The notes under the pieces: generated by a model
Databases searched by the model: none
What the model saw: the letters and a program-made list of their open reading frames with translations, nothing else
Told to the model about the DNA's origin: nothing
Position numbers and translations under genes: made by a program
Origin: Candidatus Aenigmatarchaeota archaeon
GTDB taxonomy: Archaea; EX4484-52
Assembly (NCBI GenBank): GCA_023137195.1
Contig: JAGLPV010000027.1
Location: 1 to 53,894 of the forward strand
Reading direction: 5' to 3'
DNA: 53,894 nucleotides
Shown here: positions 39,393-51,600 of the stretch, in pieces
How positions within the stretch are numbered: position 1 is the stretch's first letter
Layout: each line of letters starts with the position of its first letter

Positions 39393-41312
39393 ATGGACTC
39401 CGGTAAAAAAAAAGAAAAAGACAACAATGAGAAAAAAGACGAGGAAAAAAAAGAGGAAAAAGACGAAAACGTGATTACGCATGAGGATTTTGAGAAGCTG
39501 GAGTCGGAAGAGACAAAGATAAAGACAGGTCTTCTGGATAAATTAAAGAGCTATGTCAAGCCAAAGAAAGAAGAGTTTGACGAAGAGGATAAAGAAGAGT
39601 CTGATGAAGATTTAGGAGGAAGTAGCAATTCAGCAGACATAAAAAGACTGCAATCCCAAATCGACAAATTAACAAAAGAGCTGGAAAGCAGGAAAATAGA
39701 CACAGAAAAAATAGATGCCAAGCTCGACAGCGAGAAGGAAATACGTTCCGCAGTGACCGAGCAGGTCAATGAATTGTCAGAGAAAATGGGAGAATTAAGG
39801 TCAATGATTCTGGACAGGGAAAAATCATTCAACGAGATAGAGACCAGGTACACCCAGATGAAATTGGCAGTGGAAGCGATTGACCCGAAAAGAATAAAAA
39901 ACAAGTTCGAAAAAATTGAACTGGTAATGACAGAAGTAGGAAGCAGTGTAGAAAAAAACAACGAGATTATAAAAAAACAGGGAAAGGACATAAATATTTT
40001 TGAAGAGCAGATGAGTAAGATAAAAAGTTTTGACAATATAGTCAATGTATTTAAAGAGATTTCAAAAAAGGCAGAGCGGGTAAGAGAAACAGAGCTCTAT
40101 ATAAATCAAACCAGCTCCAAACTGGAATCCATGTTTTTCGAGTTTGAAAAAAATCTTGTCAAGATAGATGATCTGGAAAGCCGGCTCAATTCATTTGATG
40201 AAGTAGGAAAGGAACTGATGCTGACGACCAGCAGCATTGAAGAAGGACAGAGAAATTATTTGAAAAAAAAAGATCAGGAAAACATACAAAAAGAAATATT
40301 AAAGGAAGTCCAGACAAGACTGTCAAAGGAAAAGGAAGGATACGATAAGACAAACAATGCTTTAAATAACAGGTTGGACGACTTCGACAAGATAAAAGAC
40401 AAACTGGCAGACCAGATGAATAAAAAAGCAAAAGAGAAGCACGACGAGATGGAAAAATACATCCAAAGCAAAACAAGCCAGCTGGATACAGAGATAAGAA
40501 AAATAAACTCCATGCTCGAGATACCTTCATTCCAGATATTTTTGAAGAATATCGAAGACAACAAGACATTGGATGAAGTGATGCTGGACAACAAGAAAGA
40601 GGCAAAAAAATACATCAACAAAAGAATGGATGAATTAAAGGAGCACGAAACCAGGATGATGAATGAAATAGGCACAATTAAAAAAGAAGTTTCAGCAGAA
40701 CATCAGGCAAAATCAAATATAGATATAAAAAACAAGCTGGAAGAATTTGACAAGATGATAGGCATAATAGACAAGACATTCAAGGAAAAGCAGAAGGAGT
40801 TAAACAAGCACAACGAGAGCATAATCCAGCAGATAAATGAAGAAATAAAAGGAACCCTTCTGGAAAACAGGGACACAATAGAAAAATACATCGATGGACG
40901 GATTGATGATGTTGAAGAACAGGAAAACATGCTTGTAAATAATTTAAACGAAATTCGTGATGAGATTGCGAAAGAAAAGGAGAGCATCCAGAACGACATA
41001 TTACATGAATTAAGCTCTATATTGCTAAAAGGAAACAAAAATGACGCAGAGCTGAAAAACAAATTAAAAGAGATTAAAGAGACGCGAAAAAAGAAGGAAA
41101 ATGTAAATAAGTCCAAAATAATGCCTCAAAAAAAGTTGTCTAAGATTGACCTCGATAAGAAAAATAAAGGAATGCATCTGAATGAGAAAATAATTCCTCC
41201 GGATGCCGCAGAGCATGAAACGCCGGAAAGATTACTGGATGATAATGAGAAGAGAATAAACAAATATCTCGAGTCCCATGGGTACGACATTGAAAAATAC
41301 GGTATCAATTAA
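39393..41312 (+). CDS. Long coiled-coil protein of unknown function
   Basis: E/K-rich heptad pattern over about 500 aa; no Walker motifs or TM segments. Confidence 0.8.
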   Translation: MDSGKKKEKDNNEKKDEEKKEEKDENVITHEDFEKLESEETKIKTGLLDKLKSYVKPKKEEFDEEDKEESDEDLGGSSNSADIKRLQSQIDKLTKELESRKIDTEKIDAKLDSEKEIRSAVTEQVNELSEKMGELRSMILDREKSFNEIETRYTQMKLAVEAIDPKRIKNKFEKIELVMTEVGSSVEKNNEIIKKQGKDINIFEEQMSKIKSFDNIVNVFKEISKKAERVRETELYINQTSSKLESMFFEFEKNLVKIDDLESRLNSFDEVGKELMLTTSSIEEGQRNYLKKKDQENIQKEILKEVQTRLSKEKEGYDKTNNALNNRLDDFDKIKDKLADQMNKKAKEKHDEMEKYIQSKTSQLDTEIRKINSMLEIPSFQIFLKNIEDNKTLDEVMLDNKKEAKKYINKRMDELKEHETRMMNEIGTIKKEVSAEHQAKSNIDIKNKLEEFDKMIGIIDKTFKEKQKELNKHNESIIQQINEEIKGTLLENRDTIEKYIDGRIDDVEEQENMLVNNLNEIRDEIAKEKESIQNDILHELSSILLKGNKNDAELKNKLKEIKETRKKKENVNKSKIMPQKKLSKIDLDKKNKGMHLNEKIIPPDAAEHETPERLLDDNEKRINKYLESHGYDIEKYGIN

Positions 41313-41348
41313 AAGAAGAGTGCAAAAATCATCCGATACAAAAATAAT

Positions 41349-41594
41349 ATGGGAAAAAAAATATACCAGTGTAAGCGTTGTGGATATATATGGAGGAGTT
41401 TTCCTGATGAAAAACCAATATATTGTCCTAAATGTTACAGGGCAAGTATCACAGAAGTAAAAAAGACCAATGCGCTGTTCAAACTATTTCAAAAATTGAA
41501 AAAAAAAGCAGAAGAATTCAAAAAGAAAATTGTCAGGAAAAGACAAGCCAAGGAATACAATAAAGCAATGTTAAATAATAATTACTATGAATAA
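41349..41594 (+). CDS. Small Zn-ribbon protein with basic helical tail
   Basis: YQCKRCGYIW...YCPKC; 8-nt overlap with the next gene. Confidence 0.75.
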   Translation: MGKKIYQCKRCGYIWRSFPDEKPIYCPKCYRASITEVKKTNALFKLFQKLKKKAEEFKKKIVRKRQAKEYNKAMLNNNYYE

Positions 41595-44500
41595 AATATG
41601 CATAATTATTTTTTTTTATTTTTTCTTCACAGCAAACGTTTTCGGTTTTATGAGCAATCCTTATGATGATTTTAACCGCACACAGAACAGTCTTCATATA
41701 GAAATCAATAAAAACACTACAGAAAATATAACCCTGCATTTCAAACACACATCTGATGATTTTTCAGTATTTAAGATGGAAGACCATGCAACTATTTCCA
41801 ATTACACGATAAATAATTCTTATCTGGAAAAGCAGGGAGTATATGAATATTATTTTACCGACAATGACAGCAACAGGTTCCCTCTCAACAACGCCACATT
41901 CAAGACCACATTGGTTTTAGGCAATAATACATACCGGGAAATTGCATTAAATTACACAAATGCCGACCCGCAAAGATATTGCAATAAAACAAACAATGAT
42001 TTTTCCTGCGAAATTGAAGACCAACAGGGCATAACCATAAATGCTTTTTATTATGCCTATTTTTTAAACAGAACATCTCTTCACAAGGAATGGGCATGGA
42101 ATTTTTCAATAACCGGAATAAGTGGAACTTCTGCATACCAGAGATGCGATCATTTCTGGAATGATTTTGATTGCAGTTTTTGGGCAACACCTTCCAATAT
42201 CACCGGAGCAAAACGACAAGCAGCACTTATAAACGCATATTGGTATGCCAACAATATATATCCAAACACCACACTTCATGAACTTGCGCAAAATTATACA
42301 AACGGACACGCAGAGGAATGTGATGTATGGAACACAACCCCTGATTTTGACTGTGGCAACAGCGACGACCAGGGCCATATAACTTTAGCATACTGGAATG
42401 CATATAAGTATTCAGGAAATGAAACATACAAAAACATCTCTCAAAACCTGACCAACATACTGATAGCAAATTACACAAACCAAAGCAATTATTCCTACTA
42501 TGCTGCATTCGGTTTATTCAAAGCATACGAGTTGACAGGAAACAGCATATATCTTGATTACGCAACTAACCAGACCTTGTATTTTGCGGCGAACAACTGC
42601 ACCCAAAACAACGTTTGCGACCCAACTGATTTGTCATCGAACAACCTACTGATGATTGAAGCATACCGGCAGACAGGAAACAGATATTATGAATCCGTGG
42701 CATTAAATCGCTCTCTCATCAATTCAACTGATTCATCATGCAACAATTTCAACTGCACTGAACCTAAAGAACAGAGTTGGATGATGAGGAGGGCATGGAG
42801 TAATTACAATGCATTAAGAAGCGAAGAAAAATATTTTTTCAATCCAAAACTCGAAAAAGACAAAAAACTAAAAAACATAACAATTAGCATATATTATAAC
42901 GGCATATTAGACAATCCAAAATTATATTTACGGCATTTTAACACATCTAATTTTTCAGTATTTGATTTAGAGTTTGGCAAACAAAATTTTGTATTTAAAA
43001 CGCTTTTTCAAAAAGATATTGCAAAGCAGGGAATATATGAATATTATTTTACTGATAGAAATGGAAATAATGAAATGAGATTTCCGCGTGAAAACGGGAC
43101 ATTTAAAGCAATGTTAACAATAGTCAATGATACACGCCAGAATAATGCAATACAATTTACAAACAATCATCCCAGATTGCCTCCATATATACCTTTCTTT
43201 GGATGCACATCTGAAGACATACAGGGCATAACCATAAATGCTTTTTATTATGCCTATTTTTTAAACAGAACCTCTCCTCATAAGGAATGGGCATGGAATT
43301 TTTCAATAACAAACGCATCTGAAATGGGCGCCACATGCAAACCTTATTATGACTATGACTGCGATAATGATGCTTCTGGAGGTACTGGAGCAAAACGACA
43401 AGCAGCACTTATAAACGCATATTGGTATGCCAACAATATATATCCAAACACCACACTTCATGAACTTGCGCAAAATTATACAAACGGACACGCAGAGGAA
43501 TGCGATGTATGGAACACAACCCCTGATTTTGACTGCGAAAACATCGACGACCAGGGCCATATGACTTTAGCATACTGGAATGCATATAAGTATTCAGGAA
43601 ATGAAACATACAAAAACATCTCTCAAAACCTGACCAACATACTGATAGCAAATTACACAAACCAAAGCAATTATTCCTACTATGCTGCATTCGGTTTATT
43701 CAAAGCATACGAGTTGACAGGAAACAGCACATATCTCAATTACGCAATCAACCAAACATCCTATTTCCAAAACAACTGCACCCAAAACAATGTTTGCGAC
43801 CCAATAAATTTATCCTTAAACAACCTCCTGATGATTGAAGCATACTCTCAGACAGGAAACCACCATTATGAATCATTAGCGCTCAATATTTCCGGCATCA
43901 ACTCAACCAATATTATATGCAACAATTTCAATTGTATCGACCCGGGAGAACAGAGTTGGATGATGAGAAGAGCATGGAGCAATTATGAACTGTCCGAAAC
44001 AAACAGGGATTTACTTTCAATTGAAATGTCAACAAGCAAAACAACAGCATATGTGAATGAAGAATTTCAGGTAACCTGTATTGTGACCAATACAGATAAT
44101 TATGAAAACACGACAATTTACAACCTTGTTCTGGAAGTTGTTTTACCCGAGGGCGTTTCAGGAAATAATTTGACAAGAACAGTAGATAATTTATCTGCCT
44201 ACAATACGACAAACATAACAGTGACTGTAAGTTCAGCAACCGCAGGAAATAAAGATATTTCATGCACTGTGCAATCAGATAACGGGGGTCAGAACCAGAC
44301 AAGCAGAACCGTAACAATAAGTACAATGACAGAAATCCCTGGTGGTTCTTCAAGTAGTTCAAGCAGCAGTAGCAGCGGAGGAGGAGGTTCCATAATTCCA
44401 GTCAAAGAGGTATGCAAAAACTATACAAAAAAATATTATTATAGATACAATGATATCCTTTGCATATCTATCGAAAAATACCTGAATTTGTGCAACAAGA

Positions 44501-45360
44501 CAACTTTCTATTATCGCGGGAAATTAAGCGGCAAGATATTCAAAAAATGCAATGAATCCATTGATGTATTTATAAATGACAGTCATCTGGATTATTTTTT
44601 AAACATATCTACTCTTGAAAATTCAAAAGACACGCATGTTTTTGAAAAAGACAAGAATATTACCAATACAATAGATTATGCATTTAAATATTTCCTTTCC
44701 AGACCCATAGTTGAGTTTTACAACATAGAATATGAAAATATATCAGTTGACAAATTTTATCTTGAAGTACTTTTGCAAAATGCAAGTGCATCAAACAATT
44801 ATAATCTCTATTTCAACATAAGCCACCATACAGAAGATATAAGTTGCTTTCTCAACACTCCCGGCGGAACAGAACTCATTGATTTTACAGAAACAAAAAG
44901 CACAGCATATGTCAATACATTGAATCAGACACACAATATCTCAGTTGTATGCATCAACAAAACATCAGACAGGCAAATCCGGAACATTACAATAACAATT
45001 CCATATTATGAAGAAGAAACAAAAGAGCAAAAGAATTATTGGCTTCTAATATTAATCATTTTGATTGCAGGTACAGGCATATCCTATAAAACAAAAAAAG
45101 GCGGAATATTGATTGAAAAAGCATCAGTTGGCATCAGGGAAATATCAATAAAAAGCACTCTTGATTCAATAAAAAAAACAGTCAATGACAAGCAGTTGAA
45201 ATCCAGTTGGAATAAATACAAGGTATTACAGGAACAATATGTGAAAATCAGGAAAACGCAGGATTATGCCAAAACAAAGAAAATAAGGCAGGATATAAAA
45301 ACAATAGGGCTGGAAATACAGGAATTGCTGAAAGAAAAAAAGAGATTGGAGAAGAAATGA
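41587..45360 (+). CDS. Large membrane-anchored surface protein with two tandem ~395-aa modules (beta domain plus helical alpha/alpha-toroid-like repeats), an Ig/CARDB-like domain, Ser/Gly linker and C-terminal TM
   Basis: Signal peptide; recurrent AY..(S/T)GN..Y...A helical-hairpin motifs; SSSSSSSSSGGGG linker; WLLILIILIAGTGISY anchor; many N-x-S/T sequons. Confidence 0.85.
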   Translation: MNKICIIIFFYFFFTANVFGFMSNPYDDFNRTQNSLHIEINKNTTENITLHFKHTSDDFSVFKMEDHATISNYTINNSYLEKQGVYEYYFTDNDSNRFPLNNATFKTTLVLGNNTYREIALNYTNADPQRYCNKTNNDFSCEIEDQQGITINAFYYAYFLNRTSLHKEWAWNFSITGISGTSAYQRCDHFWNDFDCSFWATPSNITGAKRQAALINAYWYANNIYPNTTLHELAQNYTNGHAEECDVWNTTPDFDCGNSDDQGHITLAYWNAYKYSGNETYKNISQNLTNILIANYTNQSNYSYYAAFGLFKAYELTGNSIYLDYATNQTLYFAANNCTQNNVCDPTDLSSNNLLMIEAYRQTGNRYYESVALNRSLINSTDSSCNNFNCTEPKEQSWMMRRAWSNYNALRSEEKYFFNPKLEKDKKLKNITISIYYNGILDNPKLYLRHFNTSNFSVFDLEFGKQNFVFKTLFQKDIAKQGIYEYYFTDRNGNNEMRFPRENGTFKAMLTIVNDTRQNNAIQFTNNHPRLPPYIPFFGCTSEDIQGITINAFYYAYFLNRTSPHKEWAWNFSITNASEMGATCKPYYDYDCDNDASGGTGAKRQAALINAYWYANNIYPNTTLHELAQNYTNGHAEECDVWNTTPDFDCENIDDQGHMTLAYWNAYKYSGNETYKNISQNLTNILIANYTNQSNYSYYAAFGLFKAYELTGNSTYLNYAINQTSYFQNNCTQNNVCDPINLSLNNLLMIEAYSQTGNHHYESLALNISGINSTNIICNNFNCIDPGEQSWMMRRAWSNYELSETNRDLLSIEMSTSKTTAYVNEEFQVTCIVTNTDNYENTTIYNLVLEVVLPEGVSGNNLTRTVDNLSAYNTTNITVTVSSATAGNKDISCTVQSDNGGQNQTSRTVTISTMTEIPGGSSSSSSSSSSGGGGSIIPVKEVCKNYTKKYYYRYNDILCISIEKYLNLCNKTTFYYRGKLSGKIFKKCNESIDVFINDSHLDYFLNISTLENSKDTHVFEKDKNITNTIDYAFKYFLSRPIVEFYNIEYENISVDKFYLEVLLQNASASNNYNLYFNISHHTEDISCFLNTPGGTELIDFTETKSTAYVNTLNQTHNISVVCINKTSDRQIRNITITIPYYEEETKEQKNYWLLILIILIAGTGISYKTKKGGILIEKASVGIREISIKSTLDSIKKTVNDKQLKSSWNKYKVLQEQYVKIRKTQDYAKTKKIRQDIKTIGLEIQELLKEKKRLEKK
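42025..43981 (+). repeat. Intragenic direct duplication (offset 1182-1197 bp)
   Basis: 42205-42547 vs 43387-43729 differ at about 6 of 343 positions; 42025-42112 vs 43222-43309 are nearly identical. Confidence 0.95.
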
Positions 45361-45621
45361 TAAAGACCTTTAAGCGGTGATTTTTTTGATGAAATTATCC
45401 AAATATCTCACCCGGATTATATACGCAAAAATAATATTATATAAGAATTTTTGCAGTTTTTTTTGTATTATTTTATGCTTTGTTTTTTGCAGTAAAAAAG
45501 CCAGAAAAACACAAGCACAGGGCATTTAAATTTGCATTTACATACATTTATATACTTTATATCTATAAATTTAATACTAGATAATGTTTGACTTAAATCA
45601 ACAAATTATCCACTAAATAAT

Positions 45622-48600
45622 ATGAAAAAAGAAACAATTCTATCTCAAAATAAAATGAAAAAGTCTCTCTTTTCCATGTTTTTTGCAACACTTGTTTTCG
45701 TCCTTTTCCTCTCCTCGTATGCCGGGTTTTCTGCCCTTGATGAAAATGAATCAAACAATATATTTTTATCATACAATTTAACCCATGAGAATGTATCTCA
45801 ATACGAGGATGTATCTTTAATATTGACAGTTTTGCTCAACGACAATTACAATACCTATCTTAATTATTATTTCCCACTTGAAGAAGAGTTGACAGAAGAC
45901 CAGATGACTTTGTCAAATCAAACTCAGAATTATTCCGTATTCGCCCATAATTTCAACACATCAAAAACAGGCGAATATATTATCGACTCAGTCATAATTG
46001 AAAACGAAAATGAAACACATTCTTACGATTTCCCAAACTTAAGTTTTTTTGTATATTCCAACAATTCATCACAGGACAATCAGACAGGCAACTCATCAGC
46101 AGAAGACCGGTCAAGCGAATTCAATATTTCCAAAAACATACTATGGTTTAATTTAACCTCTTCAAATATCAGCCAATACAAACAACTTTCCTTTTCAATA
46201 ATATTTTTGCTGAACGAATCCCCTCAAAGCAATTATTTGTTTTACTACTTGCCTGAGCAGGCAACAGTAAACAAAGAGCAGATGTCTCTAATCAATCAAA
46301 CTCAAAATCATTTTCAATACAGCTACAATTTCAACACCTCAAAAACAGGTCAATATGTCATTGATTCTATTGGTCTCCGGACACAGGACAACAACACATA
46401 TTATTATAATTTTTCAAACCTGAATTTTTTTGTCAGATGCAATTCATCAGATGTCCCGGAAGGAGAAGAAGAGAATGAAAACCAGACCGACGAAAATGGA
46501 GAAGAAAATACAACTTCAGATACCAGACCTCCTTCAACAACAATAAGCGGAAAACTCAACGATGATTCAGACTACATTTTCAACACATGGACCAATTCAA
46601 ATTTCGTTAATATCTTTTTGGGATGCAAAGACCAGGCAAATGGTTCGGGATGCAGGACAACGCAATATTGCATAGGCGCAGAGGACACATGCATTTTCAG
46701 TCCATACTTTGACTACATACAGATTTCAGAAGAAGGGCTTTTTTACATAAATTACCTGTCAACAGATTTAGCCAACAATACAGAAGAGACAAAGACAAGA
46801 ACAGTAAAAATAGATACAACTCCGCCAGGCATAATAATTTATTCCCCTCAAAATACAACCTATACCGGCAAAGAAATATCTCTGAATGTATCCTCCAATG
46901 AACCGATAAGCAACTGGTCATATTTTCTTAACTCTCCAAACAGCATAAGTTTTTACAACCCAACAATAGTTGTATCTCATAATAACAGTAATAAGTTGGT
47001 CGTTATGGCAACAGACAGGGCGGGAAATTACAACTATTCTGTAGTTTATTATTCTGTCAACATATCCAATACAACAATGCAGAAAAATATCATTCTCGAC
47101 AATCTGACCATTGATGAATTGCTGACCAATAATCCTATAATTGTTGGAATGCCTGTTGTATGGAAAAAACAAATAAAAATCACAGGAGATATTTCAAACA
47201 GGACAATTGAAATTTCTGTTCCGGCAGAGGCAACAAATATTTCTTTTTCTCAAAACAAAAAAGTCAACAAGACCAAGGTAAGTAAAAACCCGATTAAAGA
47301 TTCAGAAAAAAAAATATCAATAAAGTTCGCACAGGGAGAAAAGGAGAAAACACCAGTCTCCATTTCTGCAAAACCAACGCAGGAAGAAGTAACAATCACC
47401 TACAAAACTACAGCCCCTTACAGGATAGACAAAGGCACTTCCTATTCCAACGGCAAAATAACAAAATCAATTACAATCGGAAGCAGTGCCGGCATGCATT
47501 ATGAAAAGGTCCTTGCCTGTGAGGATATAACGGAAATGGAAGATTCAATAAACAAAAGACTTTTTTATGTAGATGTAAACAACCAAAAAGTTGATGTAAC
47601 CAACAACCCAATTTACAATGCCAGATTTTTCGACACAGACAATAATGGCAGGACAGATAAACTATGCTTCATAGTTCCCCAACTCTCAGACAGGAGCTTT
47701 GAAATAAGGGGCGATTTTGTTTATTTTTACACAGGTTCAACTCTAAACAACTGGACAGTTTATTTCAACCTTGCAGGAAATGAAACATTGTATATCTACA
47801 ATCTTACAGACAACATTGCATACAACTCACTTTATTTTTTCAGGGAAAGCACTTCTTCATACGAAATATACACTCCTGAAGAAAATCCAGACTACATATG
47901 GTTCAACTGGTATGCATCCGGCTATACAAAAGGAAAAATAGTCTACGACATCAACCAATACACAACCTCCAAATTAAAATTCGTTTTCGGCGACATTACA
48001 GATTATATTCACGGGTTCAATTACTATGAACAGGCAGAGCCGAAAAAACTGGATTTGAACAACCCAATATTTACATTTGACCTGTGTTCATTCAATGACA
48101 CATACTGGAAATGCAGCCCCCAGTATTACAATGCAAATGAATACGAGCCAGGATATTACGGGCTGTCTGCTTCATTGACTTCCGGTGGCATTTTAAAATA
48201 CCTGCGGCTTCCAAAAAATTCCACAGTAACAGCCGCATCATTGCAGTTCACCACAAATATAAATGAAAGCATCGCAAACTACAATGGAATCTTTTCTTCA
48301 TTTTCACAAGGGAGTTTTTCTCCAAATACAGAAAATGAAATAGCATTCTCCAACAACACCCATGTCAATGTTCAGGACAATTCAGCTGTTTTGTGGTCTT
48401 ATCCATTGACCAACATAAACGAGATTGCTGTCGGCAATATTTTGCTTGCAAAGACAAGAGATGAGATAGCAATTGCAACAACAAGCGGCATCAAAGTTTT
48501 AAACAATACCGGTGGACTCGAATCCGGCAATTGGCCAACAACAGGCACATACACCCACATTCATTCATCAGATCTCATTACCGCCCAAACTAATTACTGG

Positions 48601-51600
48601 CGGGGCGATTTAGTCGCAGAAAACCTAATCCCTGTCGGGAAAAACACCAGCAATACAAAATCAAGATTTACCATAAATTACACCTTTGACGATTTCACAG
48701 ACAAAACATGTTTCATAAAAAGCGCAATAAATTATAAAGGCGCAAAATCAGGAGACCTGAAATTTACATTAAACAACACAGACTACGACATAGATGAGGC
48801 AAAAATAACAAAGAATGCAAGAAAGTACCACTATGACGACGACAGCTATGCAGAATATATAGGTGATATAAAAAACGACACAGAACAAATCTTCAACCTA
48901 TATTATTCTTTCGAAAGCCCCCCGCATGCAAAGACATGCTACATAAAAACAGCATTGAACTACTTCAATTCAAGCGCAGGCAATCTTATCCTGGAAATAA
49001 ATAATAACGAATACGATGTAAACGGCAGTAAAATAGGTTCTGCATTGAATAAGACACACCACATACGAGGTGATTTAGTCGCAGAAAACCTAATCCCTGT
49101 CGGGAAAAACACCAGCAATACAAAATCAAGATTTACCATAAATTACACCTTTGACGATTTCACAGACAAAACATGTTTCATAAAAAGCGCAATAAATTAT
49201 AAAGGCGCAAAATCAGGAGACCTGAAATTTACATTAAACAACACAGAATACGACATTGACGAAGCAAAAATAACAAAGAACGCAAGAAAGTACTACTATG
49301 TTGATGATGCTTATGCCGAATATCTTGGGAAAATCAAAAACGACACAGAACAAATCTTCAACCTATATTATTCTTTCGAAAGCCCCATGTTCGCAAAAAC
49401 ATGTTATATCCAAACTGCGCTGAATTACATTAACTCAACTACCGGGAATCTTACATTTAAATTAAACAGCAAAGAATATGACCTTAATGAGAGCAAAATC
49501 AATAAATCCAATGTAATTGAATATAGAATTGATGACAATTCCACGGAGGAAGAGCAGGAGATTATTACTGGTTCCACTTATGAATTCAGGATGAGTTCAT
49601 TAAACTATCCTTCTACCTATAATTTTTCCACTTCCTGTTTTGTAAAGACAGCACTTTGCTACAACAACAGCATTTCCGGCAATATTTCTCTTTCTTTTGA
49701 GAATACAGAGTATAATGACAGGATTTATATCAACAAATCAGAAATTATTAATTGTTCAATCGGGTGGTCTTTTATTGATACACATGTCAATTGTTCTGAT
49801 ATAGTGGATGTGCTGGATGAAAATAATAAATTTATTCAATACAAATGCGATGGATGCAATAATACAGATCATTATGTGATTAAAGGAGATAATTCTTCCA
49901 GTGGCTATTCTTACAAGGATTTTAATGGACAGAGTTATAATTATATGATAAGAGCATATGGAAACGAGTCTCTTTTTTATTCTCTCATAGATACACAAGT
50001 CAACTGCTCAGACATCCTCCAAAACACAAATATAACATACCAATGCCTGGATTGCAATGACACAGATTATTACAACATTTTGCTCGATTTAAATTCTTCA
50101 GGTCACACATATTCAAATGAAAGCGGGACTGTTTCTACAAACCAGGCAGATGCCATAGTTAGGATATATACAAACAATTCCCTAAACTATTCTTCTATCC
50201 GGGTTGACGTTTTATGTAGCGACATGAACAATACAAACATAACATATTCCTGCGCTGGTTGTGATGACAACAATTATTACAACATTCTTGTGGACCAGAA
50301 CAATACAGTAAATAATAAATCTTATGAATCAACAAACGGCATCAGCTACACAAAAATAAACGGAGATCTGATAGCGGATTTGATAACCGCTTCAGCCACA
50401 TATACTTTTGTAGATACTACGGTGGCCTGCTCCGACATCCTCCAAAACACAAATATCACATACAGATGCAGCGATTGTAATGATAATTATTATTACACTC
50501 TTTTATTTGATTCTTATTCATCAGGACATTCCTATTCTAACCAGAGTGGGATTATTGACATGAATGATAATGCAGATGCAATAATAAGATGGTATACAGA
50601 TACCTCCCTGAACTATTCTTCTGTCCGAACCACTGTTTCATGCAGCGATATGGACAATACAAATATAACATACCACTGCTCAGGGTGCAATGACACCAAT
50701 TATTACAACATTCTTGTAGACCAGAACAGTGGCGTAAATGACAAATCTTATGAATCCACAAACGGTATCAACTACACCCAGATAAACGGCGATTTAATAG
50801 TATATATTGACATTTACGGCTCAAATTCAGGCGGAGAGACAATCGCATCCCTACAATATGACCGCCTGATAGCATACAACTCAACAGGGGATGAATTATG
50901 GACTTATTCTTTTCCACAGGGAACCACAGTTCAGGAAATAGATTCAGGAGACATAGATGAACTTTTAGTAGGACAGGAAGTTGCAGCCGCAACAACAAAA
51001 GGAGCATATTTATTTGATTCCAATGGAGGTTATCTGTGGAAATATCCTTCAGGAGACATGGACGTCAAAGCGATATCTGTTGGCGAATTGAACAGTTCTT
51101 ACGATGAAGAAGAAGTCCTCATCGTCAACAATAATGAAATCATCATGCTGAACAGTAGTGGTCAGGCAATAATAACAAGGACATTTTCATCTGCAATAAA
51201 TACAATAAGCATCGGCAACATATTGAAAGACACAGGAAACGAAATTTTAATTGGATTTTCAAACGGGACAGTCAGCATAGTCAATTCCAATCTAAACATA
51301 TTATATTCTTTTAATTCCCAATGCTCCGAACTAAAAAACAGTCTAATTGGAAATTTATATTCTAATAACGGGCAGGACATTGCTCTTTTGTGCATAACAA
51401 ATGCATACGGATATAACATTTACAATACGCCGACAGACATATACATGGATATTGGAAATGACCAGAGTAATGAATGGAATTATAATGGAATATTCAGGAC
51501 AACCACAACAATCAACAGCGGACTGACAGATGCCATAAATTCTTACATCACCAACAACTGCGCAGGTCCGATGTGCTACATCCCGGTTAATTTTTCATCC

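Noticed and set aside
39393-41312. SMC/Rad50 ATPase
   Set aside because: No Walker A/B, signature, hinge or zinc-hook motifs; coiled coil only.
42025-43981. Diversity-generating retroelement TR/VR pair
   Set aside because: Differences are not adenine-specific (T/C and G/T occur), both copies are in-frame parts of one protein, and no reverse transcriptase is in the window. The same applies to 48601-49500.
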